From positions 346,557 through 374,131 of the forward strand of contig NW_008246104.1 of the NCBI RefSeq assembly GCF_000281045.1: a DNA stretch of 27,575 nucleotides. Direction: 5' to 3'. This document shows, piece by piece, positions 18,601-27,575 of the stretch. The translations under genes were made by a program, and so were the position numbers. This stretch comes from Saprolegnia diclina VS20 (taxonomy: Eukaryota). Position 1 is the first letter of the stretch. The number at the start of each line of letters is the position of its first letter. The notes below the pieces were generated by a model that saw nothing but the letters and a program-made list of their open reading frames with translations, did not search any database and was not told where the DNA came from.

Positions 18601-18824
18601 GCGCGTCTCTGAGCCAAGCCGAGCTCGAAGCGCTCGTTCACACGCTGCACGAGTCCAAGGCCAGGAACGGCGTGACACCACTCTCGGTCGTTCCTGGCAC
18701 GGCGCGCATCCTCGACGCATACCAGTCGTCCAACTCGGTGCTTGCGCGGCTCAATAAGGAGCTGCTCAAGGTGCACAACACGATCGAAGGCTACGCGCGG
18801 CCACCCCCCGCGCCGCTGCGATAG
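15699..18824 (+). CDS. Centrosomin N-terminal motif 1 (CM1/Cnn_1N) coiled-coil protein (CDK5RAP2/Cnn/Mto1-like gamma-tubulin complex receptor), ~940-955 aa
   Basis: Exons 15699-15837, 15901-17069, 17120-17611 (possible extra in-frame 48-nt intron at 17434-17481), 17658-17912, 17961-18428, 18480-18824. The N-terminus IREGEMERERLQKEAFNMKLRINFLEEQL...ENMHLRTVIEEKVQELERRNFLLVRARDAIE matches the CM1 pattern (L.KENFNLKLRIYFLEE.L...EN.EL+...EL.++..LL..A..AIE). The remainder is coiled coil. Confidence 0.85.
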
Positions 18825-19038
18825 ACACCCGCCTCTTAATATAAGCGTCCATCGCACCCTTCTTCCACGCATCTTGGACAATGGCCGAGCTGCTGTACAT
18901 GAGGTGCACGATCGGCATGGGATTCCGTCGGCGCTGTTCCTCGAGGAACCAAGTCGTTGAAGTTGCGTCCAAGGAATGGCGTGTTTTTAGCCTTGGTAGC
19001 CGGTTGGCGTTCGGTTGTGGTCGTCGGACGTCGGGCGC

Positions 19039-20592
19039 ATGAAGCTGCCGGTGCTCTTTGCCTGCGTCTGCGGCGCCGTCGTCGCGTATACGCTCAAGCG
19101 GCAGCACATCCGCAAGCTCAACTGGAAGCGGCGCATCGCGCTCAAGAAGATTTCGCCCACGTAGGGTTACTAGCTTTCTCCTGCCTCGTCCTCAGTCGCC
19201 ATGTAGCTCGGACATGGGGCAGTCGTTTGGCCTCGACATTGGTACGACCGCTTCACATGCACATGGGGATGACGATGGTCACAGGTGGCACGCTCTCCAA
19301 GATTGTCTACTTTGAGCAGGCGCCGGGCCAAAACAGTCGGCCGCGGGCCAATTCGCACGTGCTCGCGGCGCAAGAGGTCTCTCGCTTCGTCAAGTCGAGC
19401 GACAGCTACGGCAGCTCGGGCGTCCGGGACACGCGCTTGAGCATCACGTCCGAGACGCTCGGCGGCACGCTGCATTTCATGCACTTTGAGACGCGCAAGA
19501 TGGAGGGCGCGGTCATGCAAGTCGCCAACCACAGCTTGAGCCAGTCGCTCCGCGTCGTCTCGTGCACGGGCGGTGGCGCCCACAAGGTACTACGTCGTCG
19601 AATCCCATTGGAAGCGGCTCAGCGTCCATGCAGTACGCCGAGATGATCCACATGCTCGCGGGCATTGAAGTGCGCAAGAAGGACGAGATTGCGTGCCTCG
19701 TGCGCGGCCTCAACTTTCTCCTCAACGTCTTTCCCAACGAAGTGTACACGTTTGTGGTATACTATCAATGTATCAATATCGATCGTCGTATAAGTCCAAA
19801 TTAGAACGTCGACTTTGGCTCGCTCTCGGCGACGCGCGTGAGCCTCGTGCGCGACAACAAGGACGAAGACATATTCCCCTACATCGTACGCCCATTCCGA
19901 GATGTATATAATGGCTACGGTCCATGTAGCTCGTCAGCATTGGGTCGGGCGTGAGTGTGCTGCATGTGACGGGTCCCAACACGTTTACGCGCGTCAGTGG
20001 TAGCTCGATTGGCGGCGGTATGTTGCTCAAGATTGTCTGTATCGAGTGGTAGCATGGACATGGTGCTGCTAGGGACGTACTGGGGCCTGTGCCGCATGCT
20101 CTTTGAGTGCAACACGTACGACGAGGCGCTCGACTTGGCCGTGCACGGGCGCAACGCGTCGGTCGACATGAGCGTCGGCGACATTTACGGCGGCGCGTAC
20201 GAGAAGTTTAACCTCCCGGCGACGACGGTTGCGAGCAGCTTTGGTACGCTCTCTGGTTTGGCGTCCATTGGCTTCAAATGTGGATAGGCAAGATGATTTC
20301 GGTCGATCGGAGCAGCGTCTCGGACGCGGACATTGCGCGGTCGCTCCTCGTGATGACGACGCAGAACATTGGGCTCATCGCGTACCTCAATGCGTGCATC
20401 CATGGCACGAAGCGCATCTTTTTTGTCGGCAACTTCCTGCGGCACAACAAGATTTCCTGCCGGACGCTCGCGTACGCCATCAACTTTTGGTCCAAAGGCG
20501 AGATGAAGGCGCATTTCTGCCGCCACGAAGGGTACCTCGGCGCGCTCGGCGCCTTCTTGAGCCAAGCCCACGACATGCCTTGCAACCCGTAA
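19039..20592 (+). CDS. PANK: Type II (eukaryotic, fumble-family) pantothenate kinase with an N-terminal hydrophobic segment, ~408 aa
   Basis: Exons 19039-19160, 19207-19241, 19285-19586, 19634-19756, 19805-19885, 19930-20017, 20073-20243, 20288-20592 (1227 nt). Motifs FGLDIGGTLSKIVYF, LHFMHFET, TGGGAHKY, KDEIACLVRGLNFL, FPYILVSIGSGVS, RVSGSSIGGGTYWGL, VDMSVGDIYGG, VASSFGK, IFFVGNF, HEGYLGALGA. The start is uncertain: an upstream exon (ATG 18881 or 18917, intron 18953-18999) would also be in frame. Confidence 0.93.
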
Positions 20593-20660
20593 GCTTGCAC
20601 AAGGAAATACGCCGAGAAAAACACTTGATGTATTGATACGATACAGACACGACACGCTTC

Positions 20661-21445
20661 TTAGTTGCGGCGAAGGTGGAGCGACGCGCCGGGACCGTAC
20701 GGAGGAGGCGTCGTCGGGTCCGAGCACGGGGTCGGGTTAGGACCCGGCTGCGGGCCAGGCTGCGGGCCGGGTTGCGGGCCGGGCTGCGGACCAGGCTGAG
20801 GGCCGGGCTGAGGACCTGGTTGCGGACCAGGGCCGGGCTGCGGACCAGGCTGCGGACCAGGCTGAGGACCAGGGCCGGGTTGAGGACCAGGTTGCGGGCC
20901 GGGCTGCGGACCAGGACCGGGCTGAGGGCCAGGTTGCGGGCCGGGCTGAGGACCAGGCGGATACGGAGTGGGGCCAGGCTGAGGACCAGGGCCAGGCTGC
21001 GGACCNNNNNNNNNNNNNNNNNNNNNNNNNNNNNNNNNNNNNNNNNNNNNNNNNNNNNNNNNNNNNNNNNNNNNNNNNNNNNNNNNNNNNNNNNNNNNNN
21101 NNNNNNNNNNNNNNNNNNNNNNNNNNNNNNNNNNNNNNNNNNNNNNNNNNNNNNNNNNNNNNNNNNNNNNNNNNNNNNCCGCTTGCCCCAGCCCCCGCCG
21201 CCGTTGTTCCAGCCGCCGCCATTGTTCCAGCCGCCGCCATTGTTCCAGCCGCCGCCGCCACCGCCATTCCACTTGCCGCCGCCGTTCATGTTCCAGCCAC
21301 CGCCGCCGCCACCGTTCCACTTGCCGCCGCCGTTCTGATCGCAGTCGACGAGTTTACCGAAGGTCATGGCGTCGGCGGGCGCTTCTTGGGCGGCGAACGC
21401 GACCGCCGCAAGCGCGAGGAAGCCTTGAACGTACACTGCCACCAT
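20661..21445 (-). CDS. Secreted low-complexity protein: signal peptide, Gly/Trp/Asn repeats, then Pro/Gln/Gly repeats (spans a gap)
   Basis: ATG at 21445 gives MVAVYVQGFLALAAVAFAAQEA (signal peptide-like), then NGGGKWNGGGGGGW, NNGGGW x3, GGGGWGKR, the gap, (GPQP/GP)n, PNPTPCSDPTTPPPYGPGASLHLRRN*, stop at 20661-20663. Joining the two halves across the gap is inferred. Confidence 0.8.
20741..21005 (-). repeat. 12/18-bp coding tandem repeat encoding (PQPG)n with occasional PG insertions
   Basis: On the + strand: GGGCCGGGCTGC / GGACCAGGCTGA / GGACCAGGTTGC units, running into the gap. Confidence 0.92.
21006..21178. other. Assembly gap (173 N) within the repeat protein
   Basis: Run of N flanked on both sides by tandem repeats, which probably caused the break. 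Confidence 0.99.
21181..21335 (-). repeat. Coding repeat encoding GGGW(NN) / GGGKWNGGGGGGW units
   Basis: On the + strand: TTGTTCCAGCCGCCGCC(A/G) 18-bp units and a duplicated TTCCACTTGCCGCCGCCGTTC. Confidence 0.88.
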
Positions 21446-21470
21446 GCTGGTTGTTGTTGTTGCTGAAGCC

Positions 21471-21484
21471 AAATGGAGAATGTC
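21471..21484 (-). promoter_or_regulatory. Putative oomycete Inr+FPR core promoter element of the secreted repeat protein gene
   Basis: Minus strand GACATTCTCCATTT (CATTYYNCAWTT pattern) ~25 nt upstream of ATG 21445, followed by a CAA-rich leader. This supports 21445 as the start. Confidence 0.5.
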
Positions 21485-21901
21485 ATCTCTCTGCGCCATC
21501 GATGTGGCATATCGCGAGAGCGGGCGCACAGAACGCAGGAGGCAGATCGCACATGGCGGCGCTCGAAGAACCGGCATCTCATGATCGACGACGCTGGATG
21601 TGGCGTTCCGTCGGCCGGAATCAACTCGCCGCGTCCTCTGCTACCCACTGCAGCCAAAGACGAACTCCTCGTCAAGGGACGCCATCCAAGCACTGGACGA
21701 TGGCTCAGAGTGCCACGAAAAAACACATGTCATGTCCCGTATCTTGGCCTTCGCCATGCGATGCAGCACGGCGCGAGCTGCTTGTGTCCATGCAGTCCAT
21801 GGCATACACGGGGCTGTCCAGGAAGAATGTCCATGCAACGCAAAGCTCGTTATCGCAAAATCAAAGGTTAAAATAAAGAGCAATTCACTAGTCCTACGTC
21901 A

Positions 21902-23870
21902 CTAGGCGCCGTCGACGGCAGGGATGTAATCGGCGAACCGGTCCGTCTTGGTCACATGGATGTTGCCGTACGCAGTGGGCTGGTTGACGTCGACGAGGTC
22001 GAGCGTCTTGAGCTGGAGGAGCTCAAAGAAAAGCGCGGCCGCGGTCCGGCGGCTGCGCGTCGACTTGGCGAGCTGCTGGTACGACACCGAGTCCTACATC
22101 GTAATACCCGATCAGCAATCATAGGCCGATTCGACGCAATAACGTACGTGATCTTGCATGGACGTGCGGAGCACCTTCATGACCTTGACCGTGTGCGGGT
22201 GCCACTTGTGCGTCGACGTGGACGGCGCATCGACCGCCTGCGTCGCCTCGGGGTTCGAAGCGGGGGCCAGCGACAAGTCGAGGTCCATCGGGAGACCGTC
22301 TTGGCCCACGAGCACGTCGTCCATGCTGCGTTCGTCGTCCATCTCGAGGCCGTGGTCTGCGTGCACATCGTCTTCGTCGCCGGGGCCGCCAAACTCAAAG
22401 TCGGCCTGCTCTTTGGGTGCTTCCGGCGCCTGTTGGACGTCATCGACGTCTTCGTCGACCTCGTTGTACGACACGGACGTCGCCTGCCGCCGCGTTCGCT
22501 CGATGGTTTCGTGCTCGCTCGTCTCGGCCTCCTTCTCCTCGTTTTCCTTTTGCATGTCCGTGATGGGATCGGGCAGCTTGGCGTGCTTCATCGTGACCTT
22601 GAACATGCTTTGGAGCTGCGCGTTGAGACCGCTCGTCGACGGCTTGAGAAGCGCGTCGATAGGCTGCTGCTGGAGCTTCTGGCGCTTCGTGCCACGACCG
22701 TCACGGACGCGGACGATGTCCGATACGTCCTTCAAGCCCTTCTTAATGACGGCCGACGAGAGCTCCGTCATCGAGTCCTGGCCAATCTTGCGCTTGCGCT
22801 GGCGCTTGGGCATGGCCTCCGTCGGGTTCTCAACGCCGTGCATCGCAAAGTCGAGAAGTTGCGAGTCGGCCATGGGGCTGGTCGGCTCGACGTCGATACC
22901 ACCCGTGTCGAACTGGTCGTCGACAAGTTGCATGTCAATGTCGGGCATCGAGACGTCGTCGACCATCTCGGGCGCATCGGGATCGCCCATCTCGACGTCA
23001 TCGTCCTTGTCGTCTTGGAACAAGTCGACGCCATCGTCGTCCTTCTGCAAGTTGTCGATGGATGCGTCGAGGTCGGCGCGGATGCTCAGACCGCTCACGT
23101 CGGCCGCGTTGCGACCCCGTTCAACATCGCTGATGCCACTTGTGTCGAGCTACACGATTTGTTAGCCATCTGGAGAGCGCATGCGCGGGCCTACGTCGTT
23201 GTTGGGCTGGTCTTCAACATCGAACGGCTGCCAGTCGCCGCCGCCAAAAGAGTCGTTGTTGCCAAAGGAATCTACATGACGCTCGTCAGACGACATTGCA
23301 GAGGCGGGCGAGTACCATGGGCGTTGAACGAGTCGTTGCTGTAGACGCTCGGGTTGCTCGTGTCCGCGAGCGTAATGTCCTGGCGCCGGGCCTGCGTCTG
23401 CGACGGCGTCGTCATCCATTCCGTCAGCGATGGCGCGGCGAGCGTCCTATACCGCAGCATGAGCACTGCGCGTTGCTACGATCCAATGGTTCGTACTGGA
23501 TGTCGTAGGGCATTTGCGCGTCAAACTCGCCGAACGACGCGACGTTGATGGCGCTGAGGTTCGCAGTCGTCTGCGCTTCGGGCAAGTCGACGACGCCGGG
23601 GCGGAAGGCCATCTTGATCTTCACGAGCGCTTCGCTGCAGTCCGTGAAGAGGTAGTTGACCTTCCGGTTGTAGATGCGCGTGACGCCGAGCAAGAGGTGG
23701 CCCGAGACGCGAAGGGCCAGCGGGACGACGGGGTTGGCGATCGAGTCGGCGGCCTCGCCGACGTCCGCGGCCGAGATTGCGGCCTTGGTGAGCTTCTTGT
23801 CCCAGTGGGCGGCCAGCCAGACCTGCCCGAGCGGGCCCTTCTTGGCCAGGATGAGCTGCGAGTAGAACAT
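21902..23870 (-). CDS. RAD21: Cohesin alpha-kleisin subunit Rad21/Scc1, ~591 aa
   Basis: Exons 23870-23497, 23446-23316, 23271-23195, 23149-22148, 22093-21902 (1776 nt). N-terminal MFYSQLILAKKGPLGQVWLAAHWDKKLTK...LALRVSGHLLLGVTRIYNRKVNYLFTDCSEALVKIKMAFRPG. Central RKRKIGQDSMTELSSAVIKKGLKDVSDIV. C-terminal winged helix SRRTAAALFFELLQLKTLDLVDVNQPTAYGNI. Confidence 0.96.
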
Positions 23871-24162
23871 GGGCGAAGTCCTCCTCCAGTACTCAGTATG
23901 AAAATAGCGGCAAAGTCCGGTAATTTGACCTCCTGGCTTCGACCACCCTTCATCACTTGGTCTTTGTATAGGTCGTATCCGGATATTATTTGAATGGGGA
24001 AGCGCCTCCCCATACAAAACGCAAGCTACCATTTTCCGTTTAGAATTTTATTTTTTAACTTGGCAAATGTAGCAAATGTTCCGGATACGAAGCGCGCGCA
24101 AACGCAGCCGAATAAAATTACGCGCGCGATCTTCCATCTTGCCGAGGAGCCGCCGGAGCAGC

Positions 24163-24474
24163 ATGGAGCCGAGCCCGACAAGGAGGACAAGCGTAGCCGA
24201 AGCCTTGGGGGGACGAATCCTCGGCGCCAACGAGGTCCTCCGGAGGAAGGTCGGCCTCCCCGCGCAGCGCTTCCTCCCGCCGGGCCGGCCGCGAGCGACC
24301 CACGAGGGGGCCATGCTGGACCAAGCGCCGCCGAGCGATGGAGACGCAGTGCATCTTACGTCGACCTTGGGCGCGCTCTTCTTCCTCAAGGACAAGCCGA
24401 TGGCGATGGACGACCTGACGTTCGACTGGAGCCCGTTCACCAACTCGTTCGAGCTCCTCGCTCGACCTGCATGA
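24163..24474 (+). CDS. Small hypothetical protein (~103 aa), divergent from RAD21
   Basis: Intronless ATG-TGA ORF MEPSPTRRTSVAEALGGRILGANEVLRRK...DDLTFDWSPFTNSFELLARPA. It has strong GC3 codon bias, fills the space between the RAD21 promoter and the 3' end of the methyltransferase gene, and is not antisense to another CDS. Confidence 0.6.
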   Translation: MEPSPTRRTSVAEALGGRILGANEVLRRKVGLPAQRFLPPGRPRATHEGAMLDQAPPSDGDAVHLTSTLGALFFLKDKPMAMDDLTFDWSPFTNSFELLARPA

Positions 24475-24532
24475 GACGCCAAGCACTAGCATGTTATCGC
24501 AGTATCTTCTCAAGCAAGCAAGCTGCTGCCAT

Positions 24533-26004
24533 CTACTTCTTCGCCTTGGCGGGCGAGCTCGAGGTCGTCTGGGCGCCCTTGACGGCCGTGAACTGGACGC
24601 ATTGGTACACGGAGCGCAGCATCGACGGCTGGTTGCACGTGTACAAGCACTCGCGACGCTCTTCGTGCTATGGTAGGAGCAGATGTGATATCAAGCGATG
24701 CATCGAACGGAGGCGCGTACCGTAAACGTAAAGTTGAGGCCTTGGGCGACGTGCTTGACCTCCTCGTACGTGAGCTCGATCGACTGGGCGTAGCGATCGT
24801 CGTCGTCGCCATCGCCGTTCGCCCAGTGGTACAGAAGCGGTCCGAGGTTGATCCACACGCCGCCAGGCTTGAGCATGCGCTGAATCGCTTCCATGTACTC
24901 GATGACGTTTGGCGCCGCGTCGATGAAGAAGCACGTCACGATGCAGTCCCACGTGTCTACCGTCCATGAGCTTTCGACTCAAGTGCAGTGAACCTACCGA
25001 CGTCGTCCGCGTACACTTCCAAGAACTCACCGGCGCACATGGAGAACGTGCGCTCGTGGCCTAGTCCATCATTCATTCGCAAGCACAAGGAAGGATATCA
25101 TACCGCTGCTGGCAGCATCGAGAAGCGAGGCGGGGGCGACGTCCGGGATCGTCACGGGACGGCTGAAGTCTTCAAAGCGCATGACGTTGCAGGGGTTGTC
25201 GATCCACGGATGCAGCGTGAACGCCTGCGGCTCGGTCGCGCTATTCGATCATGTAAGATTATCGTCGAGGACGAGAGGGTCGTCGCACCAGTTCAAGATG
25301 AAGTTGCTCGTAAAGAGCATTTGGTACGAAAACTCGTTGCCTTCGGTGACGTAGCCCATCGAGACGATCTCAAGCGCCAGTCGTCCGAGGCCGGCGCCGG
25401 GCACGAGCACCTTTTGCTGGTACCTACACGTACACACATGAGATACATACTCGCAAGAAGCATCGAGGCCGACTTGTTGCTGGCGTTGACGGGCAGCACG
25501 CGCTTGAGCTCGTCCAGGATCGGCTTGTAGCACTGCTCGCGCTCCTCGGCGCCCTACAAAACGCATAAGACCTCGAGCGTTGATGCGTAGTCGTATACTT
25601 CTTCGGCCCAGTCGCGGACGCATTGGTGCAGCGTGCTCTTGAGCTTCGAGTAGTGGCGGTACGGCGTCTTGAGCGGCTCCTTGAAGTTGATATGGCTTGG
25701 AAGCGCAACTTCGGGCCCGTAGCCCTTTTGCATCTCGCAAATTTCGTCCCAGAACACTTGGTTCGTCTTGGCACAGCGCTACAGGACGCGTATGAGCCAT
25801 CCTGCCAGTCATCGGCGTTGTTGGTCGTACCATCATGGCCGCGATATTGGCCTTCTGGGTCTCGTCCGGAAGGAGGCGCAGGTGCTTCTCGCTAAGGCGC
25901 TTGAGGTGCTTCTTCTTGCGGAAGGCTTCGCGCCAGACGAAGCCCTCGTACTCCTTCATCGAGAGGAGGACCTCGGTGTAGTGCTCGAGCTCTTCGCGGT
26001 CCAT
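24533..26004 (-). CDS. CARNMT1: Carnosine N-methyltransferase-like (N2227 family) SAM-dependent histidine methyltransferase, ~379 aa
   Basis: Exons 26004-25831, 25778-25599, 25553-25474, 25423-25289, 25240-25104, 25060-24998, 24956-24721, 24667-24533 (1140 nt). Motifs [104 protein letters not shown]. Confidence 0.94.
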
Positions 26005-26395
26005 TGCGCTCCAATAACGCGCAGCAAAAAATGCAATGGCCTGTTATAACACATGGGATTTAAATCTAACATGTTATAATATCGTCGCAGCTTGAAGTTG
26101 CCTTGGGATCGCAAGCAGCATTTAGGCGCTGCCATCGCAGCCATCGCCATTCCTGAGCCGAGAGTACGTGACCAAGAACGTCATGTATGGGAGTCTAGTA
26201 CGTTGGATCTACTCGATAGAAGACATGCTGCAACAATAACAACAACACTGTGAAGGAAACCATGAGAATACGATGGTTAGCATTAGACGTGGAAGACATG
26301 AGAAGCTGGCGGCGGTGGTGTGTTGGTCAAAGCGCTCGAGGTCGAACCGAGAAACGCGCGAAGGACACCAAAGACGTAGACTGCCGAGTGGGCTA

Positions 26396-26683
26396 CTAGT
26401 CGATGGCGAGCACGGCGCAACCAATCGCTAAGAGAGTCACGACGGCCATCGAGGTGCGCTCTTCGGCCGTGTACTGATCGCGGCCAAACCTGAGCGCATG
26501 GAGCACGCAGGGCACCGCAAACACGACGGCCGTGAGACCAAGTGTCACAAGCACGCTTGAGACCCGCGCTTCCATCTCGGAGTCCGGGAAAACGACCCAC
26601 GGATTGAGACCCGTCGAAAGGAACGTGAACGCGAGGGCGGCCAAGCAGTGCGGCAGAGAAAGCGGCGCACGGATATCGTCCAT
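26396..26683 (-). CDS. Small hypothetical membrane protein (~95 aa, three hydrophobic segments)
   Basis: MDDIRAPLSLPHCLAALAFTFLSTGLNPWVVF...VSSVLVTLGLTAVVFAVPCVLHAL...MAVVTLLAIGCAVLAID* followed by a second TAG. An Inr-like GCATTCACTTTT lies just upstream of the ATG. Confidence 0.55.
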   Translation of the reverse strand: MDDIRAPLSLPHCLAALAFTFLSTGLNPWVVFPDSEMEARVSSVLVTLGLTAVVFAVPCVLHALRFGRDQYTAEERTSMAVVTLLAIGCAVLAID

Positions 26684-27575
26684 GGCAAAACCAAAAGTGA
26701 ATGCTGACCAGCGAAGCTCGTGGCCCAACGAAAAAGAGAAGGGCGTTGAAAAAAGTCTGCAATCTCTGCCGGCCGCGCCATCGTCAGGGCGTCGTCAACA
26801 CTGACTGTTGGCTGGAGCTTCTACGATGCGACGCTACGTATGGAGGGGACGATGGATCACATCGTTTTCCTCGGCCTGCCTTGACGCAGAACCAGCAGCA
26901 TGAATGAACCAAAGAGGTGGTTCTGCTAGTTGCTGCTCTCGTGCAAGAGAGATGGGTACCGTCCCATCGTGCTTGCCGAGGTTGCTAGGTCCGCCGTCAC
27001 CTCATATGATTCACGACAACTGATCTTGTACAACTACATGTACCATGTACACTAACTACTACCTCTAGAGTACTGCCCATTCATATCGGCGGTGGCTTTG
27101 AGGCCAAGACCACGTTCAAAGCTACCTTTAGCTCTGTACCAACTGCAGCTCCATTGTTTGGTTCTGAAGCCCTCGACTCGACAGCGTTAGGTGTCAGTAC
27201 AGGCTCGCGAGGGCGCAGTTGGAAACATGACCCACCGTCGTCGACGCGCACCTTCGACAATGCAACTCTGGCAAGGGGCCATCGTTGACGCCATCACCGA
27301 CCTTGACGTCGTCGCCATGTATCGAATGTCCTTTCTCTCTGCGTCTCTGCTGCGAAACGTCACAGTACGACCGACGTGAACGCCAACTACCTTCACCCGC
27401 TCATTCACATTTGCGCAGTAGCAGAGCACTAGCTTCGTATGATCCATACGACAATCATACCATTTGACCACCTCATTCGGAATCAAAAGATCGGTTTTGG
27501 ACATTGATGATTGGTGCAATGACGAGTGGTCTCAGATTCATGACCACTTCACGACAATGGTGGAGAATGAGGGTA

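Noticed and set aside
17526..18881. 451-aa minus-strand ORF
   Set aside because: Antisense to the CM1 gene exons, with Arg/Leu-rich shadow composition.
20741..21335. Tandem repeats as a possible CRISPR array or telomeric/satellite DNA
   Set aside because: No unique spacers. Unit lengths are multiples of 3 with synonymous third-position variation, so they are coding repeats in a eukaryotic gene.
21181..21335. GW/WG repeats as an Argonaute-binding platform
   Set aside because: They follow a signal peptide, so the protein should be luminal or extracellular rather than cytosolic or nuclear.
21956..23344. 462-aa + strand ORF
   Set aside because: Antisense shadow of RAD21, with no recognisable motifs.
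7988..23870. A functional 'cell-division gene cluster' (PWWP, actin-fusion, CM1, RAD21)
   Set aside because: These genes are interspersed with unrelated metabolic and secreted genes. Without synteny or co-expression data, only the head-to-head pair is kept as a hypothesis.
24447..24725. Possible second exon of the small + strand ORF (intron 24447-24502)
   Set aside because: It would run antisense through the last coding exon of the methyltransferase. The unspliced ORF already ends at TGA 24472-24474.
27191..27575. Possible start of another + strand gene (MQLWQGAIVDAITDLDVVAM...; ...LDIDDWCNDEWSQIHDHF)
   Set aside because: I could not build a consistent spliced frame, codon bias is weak and the region is truncated by the window edge. 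Left uncalled.

Overview
Gene-dense eukaryotic genomic DNA with high GC3 and about 47 very short GT-AG introns (41-63 nt, mostly 43-55 nt, mostly TAG acceptors). Intron style, codon bias and Inr+FPR-like promoter motifs suggest an oomycete, probably Saprolegniales (inference). Manual splicing gives 10 gene models. (1) 5'-truncated BEACH/WD40 protein with an apparent PH insert inside its ConA/LamG domain and an RGS-like segment. (2) PWWP + DEK-C + two TFIIS-N (TND) chromatin protein. (3) ~1,470-aa protein in which a basic head and long coiled coil are fused to a divergent C-terminal actin fold. (4) Head-to-head with (3), a centrosomin-motif-1 (CM1) coiled-coil protein. (5) Type II pantothenate kinase with an N-terminal hydrophobic anchor. 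(6) Secreted GGW/PQPG repeat protein. (7) Cohesin kleisin Rad21. (8) ~103-aa orphan divergent from Rad21. (9) Carnosine N-methyltransferase (N2227-like). (10) ~95-aa 3-TM orphan. There are two assembly gaps. No rRNA, tRNA, CRISPR or transposon was recognised. The most striking candidate system is the divergent pair of the coiled-coil/actin-fold fusion and the CM1 protein. All domain calls come from motif recognition by eye, not database searches.
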